Below, in pieces: positions 19,367 to 28,424 of a DNA stretch of 64,000 bases. This DNA comes from Deltaproteobacteria bacterium TL4. GTDB taxonomy: Bacteria > SAR324 > NAC60-12. Under the pieces are notes generated by a model. That model ran no database searches and was not told the origin of the DNA. It saw nothing but the letters and a program-made list of their open reading frames with translations. Position 1 is the stretch's first letter. The number at the start of each line of letters is the position of its first letter. Both the position numbers and the translations under genes were made by a program. Location: positions 1 through 64,000 of the forward strand of contig JBBCAX010000168.1 in assembly GCA_051382335.1 (NCBI GenBank), given 5' to 3'.

Positions 19367-22300
19367 ATGAAAACATTTCTCCTTCGTCTTCTGCTATGGA
19401 TTGTCTGCCTTACGCTCGTTTCGTGCGACAGGCAATATTCTGGTAAAACTCCTCCCAAAGTACTTAATGGGGTCCTGGATCTCACAACTTGGGATTTTGA
19501 CAAAGACGGGAACGTTCCTTTAAATGGGAAGTGGGAGTTTTATTGGCAGCAGTTGTTGACTCCTGATAATTTTTTGACGGATCCCAAACCGATCCCCTCA
19601 GGCCCCATTCAGGTTCCCAGTTCCTGGGGCTGTTTTGAAATCAATGAAAAATCGATAGGACATCAGGGCTACGCAACCTATCGTATGGTTTTGAAACTGG
19701 GTGACGTTGCTGGCAGTAAAGCCATTAAAATTGATCGTATATCCAATGCTTTTAAGTTTTGGATTAATGAGCGCTTAGTTTCGGAGAAAGGGATTGTTGG
19801 AACCAGTAAAGAGACCATGAAGTCCAAGGTTTCACCCGACTTTATCATTTTTGAAGAAGACCAGAAAACGATTCAAATTCTGATTCAAGCCTCAAGTTAT
19901 CGGCTCCTTGGCGGGCTGAGCTCGTCCCTCTATTTTGGCAAAGCAGAGCCTCTCCAACAATACAAGCAATCGCTGGTTGAGCAGAACATGATTTATGTCA
20001 GTGTTCTTTTATGCATGGGATTTTACCACCTCATTCTTTTTATTGTACGTCGCAAAGATCACTCCTCTTTATATTTGGGATTGTTTTGTTTTCTCATTAC
20101 CCTTACTTGTGTTACCGCAAATGAAAGACTAATTTTTCAGTGGTTTCCAGACCTGAAGATTGAGTTTTGGAATCAAATTTCCAATTTACCTCTGGATTTG
20201 GGAGCGGCTGTTATTCTTTTATTTGTTAAATCGATCTATCCTCTTGAAATGCCTCAACGCATAGTGAAAGGTCTGGTTACTTCTTTTGGAGTTTTGCTAG
20301 TATTACGTTTTTCTATTGAGATTACAACCTTCAGTATTTATTTTCTACCCTTCCTACTCCTCTTTATTCTGACGATGTTTGGCGTGTGTACTTATGTGAT
20401 GATTCTTGCGCTTAAAAGGCAACGGGAAGGTTCCTTCATTTTTTTATGTGGTATGCTGTTATTGTCCACTATGAGCATTCATGATCTTGTGGAGATTGCT
20501 ATTCTAAAAGACGCAGATCAGACTTATTCGGAAGAGGGATTGCTTCTTTTTATTATGTTTCAAGCGGTGCTGTTAGCCAAGAAGTTTTCCCGAGCCTTTG
20601 TAACCGTTGAAGATCAAAACGAACGCCTTTTAACCCTGGACCAGGTCAAAGATTCTGTACTTGCGAATACCTCCCATGAACTACGGACTCCTCTTTATGG
20701 AATCATTGGAGTCGCTGAATCACTCCTGGATAAAGACCCGGGCTCGGTTTATAAACCGGATCTCGAACTGATTATCCACAGTGCCACTCGTCTTTCAAAA
20801 ATGGTTAACGACATCCTCGATTTCACTCAGATGAAAAATAGGGAATTACAAATCAAACTAGTCCCTGTTGATGTAAAGAGGGTGACCAATATCGCTCTCG
20901 CACTCTCTGTTCATTTAATAGGCGCAAAAAATATCTTATTGACTGACGAAGTTCCTGAGGGCTTGCCCTTAATCAAGGCCGATGAAAACCGACTTCAGCA
21001 AGTGTTGTTCAATCTTTTGGGGAATGCCATTAAATTTACTCATGAAGGACAAGTCAGGGTGTCTGCCTGGGAGCACACAGGAAACATCTGGGTCTCGATA
21101 GAAGACACGGGGATTGGAATTCCCCAAAACAGGCAAAAGCATATTTTTGAATCTTTTGAGCAAGTTGACGGCAGTATCTCGAGGGAGTACGGGGGGATGG
21201 GAATCGGACTCGCCGTGACCAAAACGCTGCTGGAATTGCAAGGCGGAGGAATTGAAGTTAAAAGTGAGCCGCAAAAGGGATCCACCTTTTCGTTTTGGTT
21301 ACCTATCAGCGAAGATCAAATCCTTGGAGAAAAACCCCTGTCGCTGGTAACTTCCAGGGTTGGGTCTCCTTATCAAACAAATTTATCGTTCGATTCAGAA
21401 TCCTTAACGCAGCCTCGGACCGCTGTCGGTTCTCAAAATCCTACGATTTTGGTGGTAGAAGATGAACCGGTGAATGCCCGGATTTTGAGAAGTCAGTTGG
21501 AATCCCGTCATTATCAGGTTTTGCTTGCTCCCGATGGATCCAGTGCTCTAGAAATACTTCAAGCAGAAAAAGACGCGAAGGGAAAGTGTCACATTGATCT
21601 GATGTTACTGGACCTCATGCTGCCCCGTATGAGTGGTTATGATGTCTGTAGAAAAGTTCGGTCTTTATATTCGATATCAGCGCTGCCTGTCATCATCTTA
21701 ACCGCTAAAAATCAATTAAGTGATTTAGTTCAGGGGTTTGAATGTGGTGCCAATGATTATCTTGTGAAGCCTTTTTTGAAAGAAGAATTGATGAAACGAA
21801 TGGAGACGCAATTGAAGCTTTCAGAAATTTTTCGCTTGGAAACGCAGCTCCGGCAAGCTCAAAAGATGGAGGCGATTGGTACGCTCTCAGGAGGAATTGC
21901 CCATGAATTTAATAATATTCTGCAAATCATCCTGGGGAACGCTGACTTGCTTTATGCCGATCTTTTTGAGTCCTCGTATCGACAATATATTGACCCCATC
22001 ATCCGATCGGGTGAACGGGGTACAAACATGATCCGACAACTCCTGACCTTCAGTCGTCCAAATCTACAGATTGATCTGGAGCGGCTTGATCTTGTCCCCT
22101 TACTCAAAGAATTCATAAAAATGATTAGGGTGACTCTGCCCAAGACGGTCGAAATTCATCAGGAGCTTGAGGAGGGTGTCGGTGATGTTTTAGCCAATGG
22201 AACTCAGATTTATCAAATCATTATGAATTTATTCAACAATGCGATTCAAGCGATGCCCGACGGAAAAGGGTCAATCACGGTTACGTTGAAAACCGTTGAG

Positions 22301-22693
22301 TTGGGACATCATGAAGAATACCTATCTGAGTTGGGGAAAGGACGGTACATCAAAATTTCGGTCAGAGATACGGGAAATGGAATTCTACCGCAACACAAAG
22401 AACGAATTTTCGAACCTTTTTTCTCCACCAAAGAAGTGGGCAAAGGAACGGGTTTGGGGCTTTCTGTGGTTCATGGAATTGTTAAGTACCACAAGGGGGC
22501 AATTCGTGTAGAAAGTGAAGTGGGAAAAGGAACTTGTTTTGAAATCTTCTTTCCTGTTGTTAAAGAGAAAGAACAAGGGAGCGAACCGATGGCTCCACTA
22601 CGCAGTGAAAGAAAAATGTTGGTGACAAATATCCTTTTGGTTGATGATGAAAAGATATTACGGGGTTTTTCAAAAATAAATTTGAAGCCTTAG
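19367..22693 (+). CDS. 7TM-DISM hybrid sensor histidine kinase (sensor-7TM-HK-REC-HK plus the start of a second REC)
   Basis: GVLDL..WDF...WEFYW extracellular domain, 7 TM helices, H-boxes SHELRTPL and AHEFNNIL, two HATPase domains, REC with LLDLMLP. Ends just after ILLVDDE. Confidence 0.9.
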   Translation: MKTFLLRLLLWIVCLTLVSCDRQYSGKTPPKVLNGVLDLTTWDFDKDGNVPLNGKWEFYWQQLLTPDNFLTDPKPIPSGPIQVPSSWGCFEINEKSIGHQGYATYRMVLKLGDVAGSKAIKIDRISNAFKFWINERLVSEKGIVGTSKETMKSKVSPDFIIFEEDQKTIQILIQASSYRLLGGLSSSLYFGKAEPLQQYKQSLVEQNMIYVSVLLCMGFYHLILFIVRRKDHSSLYLGLFCFLITLTCVTANERLIFQWFPDLKIEFWNQISNLPLDLGAAVILLFVKSIYPLEMPQRIVKGLVTSFGVLLVLRFSIEITTFSIYFLPFLLLFILTMFGVCTYVMILALKRQREGSFIFLCGMLLLSTMSIHDLVEIAILKDADQTYSEEGLLLFIMFQAVLLAKKFSRAFVTVEDQNERLLTLDQVKDSVLANTSHELRTPLYGIIGVAESLLDKDPGSVYKPDLELIIHSATRLSKMVNDILDFTQMKNRELQIKLVPVDVKRVTNIALALSVHLIGAKNILLTDEVPEGLPLIKADENRLQQVLFNLLGNAIKFTHEGQVRVSAWEHTGNIWVSIEDTGIGIPQNRQKHIFESFEQVDGSISREYGGMGIGLAVTKTLLELQGGGIEVKSEPQKGSTFSFWLPISEDQILGEKPLSLVTSRVGSPYQTNLSFDSESLTQPRTAVGSQNPTILVVEDEPVNARILRSQLESRHYQVLLAPDGSSALEILQAEKDAKGKCHIDLMLLDLMLPRMSGYDVCRKVRSLYSISALPVIILTAKNQLSDLVQGFECGANDYLVKPFLKEELMKRMETQLKLSEIFRLETQLRQAQKMEAIGTLSGGIAHEFNNILQIILGNADLLYADLFESSYRQYIDPIIRSGERGTNMIRQLLTFSRPNLQIDLERLDLVPLLKEFIKMIRVTLPKTVEIHQELEEGVGDVLANGTQIYQIIMNLFNNAIQAMPDGKGSITVTLKTVELGHHEEYLSELGKGRYIKISVRDTGNGILPQHKERIFEPFFSTKEVGKGTGLGLSVVHGIVKYHKGAIRVESEVGKGTCFEIFFPVVKEKEQGSEPMAPLRSERKMLVTNILLVDDEKILRGFSKINLKP

Positions 22694-22989
22694 GATATAA
22701 AGTCACGATAGCCCATGATGGTCAAAGTGCGTTGGAGATATTCCGGACGCGTCCTCAGCAATTTGATTTGGTTTTAACCAATAAAGACATGCCGAAAATG
22801 GGAGGTCTGGAATTGTGTCATCAATTGCGTCAAAGCCGCACGGACCTTCCTGTCATTCTGCTGACGGGGAGTCTCAACAGTGTTGATAACGACAGCCTTA
22901 ACAAATTGGGGATTCTCCACTATTTCATCAAACCCGTAAACTTCAAGGAACTCGAGGCGTATATCCAGGACGTTCTGATTTCAGAATAA
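22663..22989 (+). pseudogene. C-terminal receiver domain of the hybrid kinase, in the -1 frame
   Basis: The -1 frame reads GFFKNKFEALGYKVTIAHDGQSALEIF...DLVLTNKDMP...KPV and continues the REC begun in frame 0. Confidence 0.8.
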
Positions 22990-23098
22990 CGATAATTTTC
23001 TTCCTTCACGAGTGGGCAGGCGAACGGTCAAGAAGAGTTGAGTGAGTCGTTGCAAAAGCAATTGAGAATCAGACTCGCTAGAGAACAACTCCAGAACA

Positions 23099-23272
23099 TG
23101 GTTTCTTGAGGTCAAGGGTCTGTTGGGCGTCATGAGTCAGTACCGATTCGAGTCCGCTGATAAAGATAGCGGCATGGAAATCCCGCAAGACGGCTTTTGT
23201 GGTTTTTCCGTTGAAGGCTTCCAAACTCAGACGTCCTTTGAGAAGACCCTATTCCAGCACCAGAAGAAAATA
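23099..23272 (-). pseudogene. Degenerate IS4-family transposase fragment
   Basis: Minus strand translates YFLLVLE*GLLKGRLSLEAFNGKTTKAVLRDFHAAIFISGLESVLT, resembling the region after the YREK motif of IS4 transposases, with an in-frame stop. Confidence 0.6.
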
Positions 23273-23374
23273 TCTTTGGTAAAAAAGGCGAAGGAACATT
23301 TGCCTTGTTTGGTTTTTGCTGTTATAGGTACGTTGCTGATGTCCCCTTATATCGAAACAGCACAGGATCTTCTG

Positions 23375-24442
23375 ATGAAACAAGCCTCTCAAGATAAAAT
23401 TCATAACCCACACGACAAGCTCTTCAAAACGGTATTTTCTGACACCAGGGAAGCCGCGAGTTTTTTACGGAGCTATTTGCCCTCAGATTTGGTGGAAACA
23501 CTTAATTGGAATTCGTTGCGATTGATGGACAAAGCGTTTATTGATGAAGAGTTCCAAGCCAGCGAATCGGATTTGTTGTTTCAGGTGGAAATCCAAAATA
23601 CCCAACGTGAAGTGCTGGTTTATTTGCTGTTTGAGCACCAGTCCTCTCCGGACAAATGGGTACGATTCCGTTTACTCAAATATATGTGTCGGATTTGGGA
23701 TAACTCTTTTAAGGAGAATCCTGATCAACAAACACTTAAAGCCATTATTCCGACGGTCTTTTATCAAGGGAAGTCCGTCTGGACTCCTTCCACAGAGTTC
23801 CTGGATTTGGTAGAGCATGAGGGCTTTAACGCTATTTTTATTCCTCAATTCGCTCACTTTTTGATTGATCAATCGGGATATGGATTAGAAGATTTTAAAG
23901 GGGAGACCAAAGCCCAAATAGCGCAACTATTGCTCCGAACCTCATTTCACGGTCAAATAAAAAAGGCCCTCAGCCGCTTTGTGCGTTTAATGACTCAAAT
24001 AGAAGCCAACGAAGGCATTGATTATAAAATATTTTTCATGATATACTTACTGAACATCGAAGGAGTCTCAGTTCAAGAAGTTCAACAAACGATCGCGCAA
24101 GAAGCGCACTCACAAGAATTAGGAGAGAAAATCATGAATGCCGCGGAACAACTACGAATAGAAGGGGAACAACGAGGACTGCAAAAAGGACGTCAGGAAG
24201 GACGTCAGGAAGGACGTCAGGAAGGACGTCAGGAAGGACGTCAGGAAGGACGTCAGGAAGGACGTCAGGAAGGATTGGAGAAAGGATTGGAGAAAGGATT
24301 GGAGAAAGGTGATTTAATAGGACAAGTTAGGGCATTTCAATTAATACTTAAACAAGCCCAGAATTCAAAAGAAGCGTTGATGGCGAAAACAATGGAAGAA
24401 TTAGGGTCAATGCTGGAGCAACTAAAACAACAACTTTTGTAA
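23375..24442 (+). CDS. Rpn/YhgA-like recombination-promoting nuclease (PD-(D/E)XK)
   Basis: PHDKLFK, SDLLFQV, YLLFEHQS, IIPTVFYQG..W, C-terminal EG-rich repeats. Likely start is ATG 23375 after AGGA. Confidence 0.9.
   Translation: MKQASQDKIHNPHDKLFKTVFSDTREAASFLRSYLPSDLVETLNWNSLRLMDKAFIDEEFQASESDLLFQVEIQNTQREVLVYLLFEHQSSPDKWVRFRLLKYMCRIWDNSFKENPDQQTLKAIIPTVFYQGKSVWTPSTEFLDLVEHEGFNAIFIPQFAHFLIDQSGYGLEDFKGETKAQIAQLLLRTSFHGQIKKALSRFVRLMTQIEANEGIDYKIFFMIYLLNIEGVSVQEVQQTIAQEAHSQELGEKIMNAAEQLRIEGEQRGLQKGRQEGRQEGRQEGRQEGRQEGRQEGRQEGLEKGLEKGLEKGDLIGQVRAFQLILKQAQNSKEALMAKTMEELGSMLEQLKQQLL
24134..24442 (+). CDS. Putative internally initiated 102-aa C-terminal product (RpnS-like antitoxin)
   Basis: AGGAGA at 24121-24126, 7 nt before an in-frame ATG at 24134 (MNAAEQL...). 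Confidence 0.55.
   Translation: MNAAEQLRIEGEQRGLQKGRQEGRQEGRQEGRQEGRQEGRQEGRQEGLEKGLEKGLEKGDLIGQVRAFQLILKQAQNSKEALMAKTMEELGSMLEQLKQQLL
24188..24307 (+). repeat. Coding 12-bp tandem repeats: (GGACGTCAGGAA)x7 + (GGATTGGAGAAA)x3
   Basis: Counted directly; encode (GRQE)7(GLEK)3. Confidence 0.97.
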
Positions 24443-24444
24443 TT

Positions 24445-24549
24445 CTAGTTCCCAAGCTCCGGCTTGGGAACTCAACAACACAGAAGCTCTGCTTCCTTGA
24501 ACTGAAGCTGGAGCTTCGGTTAGGGCCTTCCCAAGCCTGGGAACCAGAG
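24445..24549. repeat. Multi-hairpin REP-like element (family D) between convergent genes
   Basis: Perfect 11-bp stem AGTTCCCAAGC/GCTTGGGAACT, two GAAGC...GCTTC mini-hairpins, and terminal TTCCCAAGCCTGGGAAC. Confidence 0.8.
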
Positions 24550-24589
24550 TAAAGTTTTCATACTTATTCTTTTGTCAATCCTGAATGGC

Positions 24590-25156
24590 TTATAAACGAA
24601 AGTGGCCTGCGGATTCATGGCAGGAAACACAAGGTCTTGGGTCAGAAACCTCAAAATAACGTTGATGTTCTATAAACGCTTTTTGAGATGCCAGTCGGGT
24701 TTCTTTTAAGAACGAGTGGCATTTGAGGCAACCGCTGTCGTAAGTTGAGGTCTTCCAAGCTTTCACTTTAGAACGCCATTCCACTCTTCGATTTGCGTGA
24801 CAACTAACGCAGTGATCCATTTTTTCCCAATGCTTGCTTTTGACTTCCAGCCCTTCAATAAACGTCAACTCGAGCCAAATATTTTTGAAACCTGCCGCGA
24901 TTTTTTCCTTTAGATACGCTAGTTGAGAGTTTTGAGGCAGGTGACAATCCGTGCATAAAACGGCCATTCCCTCTTTGTTGTTTCCTCCGTGGAAATCGTT
25001 TCGGTAGGATTCAACGCTTCCTTGCATGGTATGACAACCACCGCAAAATTCTGCGGAAGCGGTTTGTCGAAGCATCACGTCAAGGGCAGACCAGAGTCCC
25101 ATTCCGATAAGAACTCCAGCGCCTAAGGTGACGAGAAGCTGATTTCGAGTGCTCAT
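24590..25156 (-). CDS. NapC/NirT-family membrane-anchored multiheme cytochrome c with five CxxCH motifs
   Basis: N-terminal TM helix; FCGGCHTM, CTDCHLP, CVSCH, CLKCH, CVSCH...GH. Confidence 0.85.
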   Translation of the reverse strand: MSTRNQLLVTLGAGVLIGMGLWSALDVMLRQTASAEFCGGCHTMQGSVESYRNDFHGGNNKEGMAVLCTDCHLPQNSQLAYLKEKIAAGFKNIWLELTFIEGLEVKSKHWEKMDHCVSCHANRRVEWRSKVKAWKTSTYDSGCLKCHSFLKETRLASQKAFIEHQRYFEVSDPRPCVSCHESAGHFRL

Positions 25157-25159
25157 AGC

Positions 25160-26224
25160 TCATGGATCCAGGATGGGTTTTAATAAAGCGTGGTTTTGTT
25201 CAATCCACCGAGCAATGTCCTGGACGACTTGTGTGACCAACGATTGGGGCTTCCAGCCTGTTTTTTGAGAGACATAGTCATGATCTGTAATATAAAGCCT
25301 GAGATCGGCAGGTCGGTTCTCAGGGATGGCCTTGATGGGAATCTTGGTTTGAGTCCAGTCTTCACAGAGTTGGGTCAATTCCCGCAGGGAAACACTGCCT
25401 CGTAAACCGCCTCCAACATTGAAAATTTCTCCAGACCATTCTGAAAAATGCTCCAATTGAAGTTTCACTAAGGAAAACAGGTCCTCAATATGCAGAACAT
25501 CCCGGACTTGTTTACCGGTTCCTCCGTAACCAATATAAGCCAGCTCTTTTTTGAAAAAATGCTTGGCGACCCACAAGGTGATGACTCCCTGATCTGTTTT
25601 TCCCATTTGCCAAGGGCCGGCCAGAAGTCCGCAACGATTGATGATGGCTTCCAGTCCGTACATTTCCACATATTCCTGAATGATGAGCTCTGACGCCAAC
25701 TTGGTTGTGCCATAAAGGGATCGTGCGCCATTTAAAGGGAACTGTTCCGTGATTCCCTGATTACTGGAACCCGGGATGGCTTGATGTCTCTTCCATTCAA
25801 AACGAGTGGAAAGCTCTAAATATTCCAATTCATTTAAAGTTTTTACCGGATAGACCCGACTGGTTGATAAGAAAAGAAATTGGGCCTTTGTTTTTCTCGC
25901 CAGTTCCAGGCAATGGAGGGTACCCAGTAAATTCGTATTGAGTAAGTAAGCGGGAGACTCCCCATACCCGGCCAATACGGAGGGTTCCGCGGAGCATTCA
26001 ATCAAAACATCCACGGCAGCAAACGCCAAGTCTTCCGGATTCCGAATATCTCCGTGAACGAATTCAACGCCATGCTCCCGAAAGCGATTCAAACTCAGTT
26101 CGGATCCCCGGCGTTTTAGGTTATCCAACGCAATGACTTTGATGTTTTCATAGTTTTGTTTCAAGGCAATCGCCAGGGAGGAACCTACAAATCCGGCACC
26201 TCCTGTAATCAAAAAGGTTTTCAT
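25160..26224 (-). CDS. NAD-dependent nucleotide-sugar epimerase/dehydratase (CDP-paratose 2-epimerase-like)
   Basis: ITGGAGFVG, DNLKRRGS, YGTTK, DQG, GTGKQVRDVLH. Start moved to ATG 26224. Confidence 0.85.
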   Translation of the reverse strand: MKTFLITGGAGFVGSSLAIALKQNYENIKVIALDNLKRRGSELSLNRFREHGVEFVHGDIRNPEDLAFAAVDVLIECSAEPSVLAGYGESPAYLLNTNLLGTLHCLELARKTKAQFLFLSTSRVYPVKTLNELEYLELSTRFEWKRHQAIPGSSNQGITEQFPLNGARSLYGTTKLASELIIQEYVEMYGLEAIINRCGLLAGPWQMGKTDQGVITLWVAKHFFKKELAYIGYGGTGKQVRDVLHIEDLFSLVKLQLEHFSEWSGEIFNVGGGLRGSVSLRELTQLCEDWTQTKIPIKAIPENRPADLRLYITDHDYVSQKTGWKPQSLVTQVVQDIARWIEQNHALLKPILDP

Positions 26225-26228
26225 AAGC

Positions 26229-27599
26229 TTACGTCGGAGAAGGTAAAACTTGTTTATATTCTGAAAACTTGGCTTCAAAGTCAACGAGGCCAAAACATTG
26301 ACTGGTTTGCAAAACTTTTAAATGAATTAAATCATATCTTCGATCCAAGGCGATAACCTCACCGGATTCTGCTTTTTCCGCAATCCCCAGATTGAGGAAA
26401 TAGTCTCCGGCGACCACACTCATTTTAAAGCGGACATGAATAACAGCGACGGCTTCTTCAGGCTGGGCTTTAACCGGAATCTGTTCGAATAAAGTATTAT
26501 TTCCGTATATTTCAACGCCTCCCAGCGTTTTGAGCGTTACGCCATAGACAGGGAGAGTTACGGCTTTGTGAAATTTGATCTTGAAATAAAGTTGAATTTC
26601 ATCGTGAGAACAAATAGTTGAAGGATCAATGTGATTGTTGCAGGTTAATAAATAATCAATAACTTCCGCACTCCGGTCGCCGTAGCGATGTTCGTTCGGA
26701 TTATAGGAGACTCTTTGATAGCAACGATCTTCATCATGAAGGTCTTTTAGAAAGTAACTTAACGGATTATTTTGATAGGCTTGGGGACGCTGTTCCCTGT
26801 ACAGACCCTGTTCGGACTGTGTGAGGGCTTCTGGAACAGGAGGCTTCGGTTTCTTAGGCAGATCGGGGGTGTTGAGTAATTCCATGTAATGATTGATAAC
26901 CGTTCTGGGGGCATTGATTTCAAGCATCTTGCCCTGATCTAAAAGCAGCGCGTGATCGCAGTAACGGACTATCGCATTAGGATCATGAGTCACCAGAAGT
27001 ATGGTTTTTCCGGCTTTGCGGAAGTCTTCAAATTTTCGAAAGCATTTAGATTGAAATTTTGCGTCTCCAACGGCCAGGGCTTCATCCACAATTAAAATTT
27101 CAGGGTCAACATGGATTGCCGCAGAAAAGGCCAAGCGGACATACATCCCTGAGGAATAGGTTTTGACCGGATGATTGATAAAATCTCCAATATCCGCAAA
27201 TTCTTCAATGATGGGGAGCCGTTCTTCCATTTCTTTTTTGGAAAAACCCATCACGGTCCCCTGAATAATCACGTTATCTTTTCCCGTGAATTCCGGATTA
27301 AACCCTGCCCCCAGTTCCAGTAACGCGGCAACCGCTCCATGACAAAGCACATGACCTTGAGTTGGGTAAAGGACGCCAGTGATCAATTGCAACAAGGTGG
27401 ATTTGCCTGAACCATTGGCACCGACAATTCCAAAACTCTGCCCCTTTAATACATCAAAATGAATATCATTCAAGGCCCAGAATTCTTTATGGTAAACTTT
27501 ACGCAAAGGATGTAAAAACTCCAGCAGTCTTGAAGAGACTGAAGGGTACATCTTATATTTCTTGTAAAGATGACTGACTCGAATAGCAATATCACTCAT
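26229..27599 (-). CDS. wzt: Polysaccharide ABC exporter ATPase with C-terminal Wzt_C domain
   Basis: FWAL, GANGSGKST, ELGAGF, YSSGM..RLAF, DEALAVGD. Confidence 0.9.
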   Translation of the reverse strand: MSDIAIRVSHLYKKYKMYPSVSSRLLEFLHPLRKVYHKEFWALNDIHFDVLKGQSFGIVGANGSGKSTLLQLITGVLYPTQGHVLCHGAVAALLELGAGFNPEFTGKDNVIIQGTVMGFSKKEMEERLPIIEEFADIGDFINHPVKTYSSGMYVRLAFSAAIHVDPEILIVDEALAVGDAKFQSKCFRKFEDFRKAGKTILLVTHDPNAIVRYCDHALLLDQGKMLEINAPRTVINHYMELLNTPDLPKKPKPPVPEALTQSEQGLYREQRPQAYQNNPLSYFLKDLHDEDRCYQRVSYNPNEHRYGDRSAEVIDYLLTCNNHIDPSTICSHDEIQLYFKIKFHKAVTLPVYGVTLKTLGGVEIYGNNTLFEQIPVKAQPEEAVAVIHVRFKMSVVAGDYFLNLGIAEKAESGEVIALDRRYDLIHLKVLQTSQCFGLVDFEAKFSEYKQVLPSPT

Positions 27600-27618
27600 A
27601 ATACGGCCCAACCCTTCC

Positions 27619-28419
27619 TTATAACGTGTCGGCGAATTCTCTTTTGAATTTTCGGAAGATGAGGCCTCCTATTAAAAAGATCAGTACCGTTTGTCCCCAG
27701 AAAATAATCAGGGGATTGAGATCTTCCCAAAAAAAGCGATGAAACAAGAAGGTCTCCCGGTAGCCTTGGGTGATGTAATACATGGGATTCAAATACAAGA
27801 AAGCTTGAAATTTCGAGGGAACCATCTCAACCACCCAGATGATAGGAGTTGACCAGAACCAAATCTGGAGCAGCACACCAATAAATTGCCCCATATCTCT
27901 GAAAATAACGTTGATGGCCGAACATATCCATCCTAACCCAACCAAAAAACAGGACATCGCAAACCAGTAATAGAACACCTGCAGGGTATAAACGGAGAGT
28001 GACAGGCCGTTGAGAAACATCAAAAGGACGAGAATGCTCAACATAATCACATGACCCAAAACGTGGGACAGGATGTAGATAAAGGGAAAAATTTCGCTGG
28101 GAAACAAAGTCCGTTTAATCAAGGCGCTGTTGCTGACGATAGAGGAGGTCATCGCGGTAAGCGTATCACTAAAAGTAGTCCAGGGGGTAAAAGCACAAAA
28201 AAACCACACCACAAAGGGAACCTCTCCGGAGGGTTGAATTTTAAGGCCAAGGGAAAAAATAAACCAATAGAGTGTCACCATGATGGCAGGGTGCAGGATG
28301 GTCCAGAATAAGCCGAGGGCCGATCCCGTATAGCGAAGTTTTATATCACGCAGGGACATGACCCAAATAAGATACCGGGAACGAAGAACCTTGAGCATTA
28401 AACTATAAAAAGAAGCCAT
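27619..28419 (-). CDS. wzm: Polysaccharide ABC exporter permease
   Basis: RY.GS.LG..W..LHP, FRD, W.TPI.W, LNPM, FAD.L; directly upstream of wzt. Confidence 0.9.
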   Translation of the reverse strand: MASFYSLMLKVLRSRYLIWVMSLRDIKLRYTGSALGLFWTILHPAIMVTLYWFIFSLGLKIQPSGEVPFVVWFFCAFTPWTTFSDTLTAMTSSIVSNSALIKRTLFPSEIFPFIYILSHVLGHVIMLSILVLLMFLNGLSLSVYTLQVFYYWFAMSCFLVGLGWICSAINVIFRDMGQFIGVLLQIWFWSTPIIWVVEMVPSKFQAFLYLNPMYYITQGYRETFLFHRFFWEDLNPLIIFWGQTVLIFLIGGLIFRKFKREFADTL

Positions 28420-28424
28420 GAACC

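Noticed and set aside
23123..23374. N-terminal extension of the Rpn ORF from the TTG at 23123
   Set aside because: It precedes the conserved PHD..FK start region and overlaps an antisense transposase relic; ATG 23375 has an SD.
24188..24307. CRISPR array
   Set aside because: The 12-bp units are contiguous with no spacers, lie in frame within a CDS, and no cas genes were recognised.
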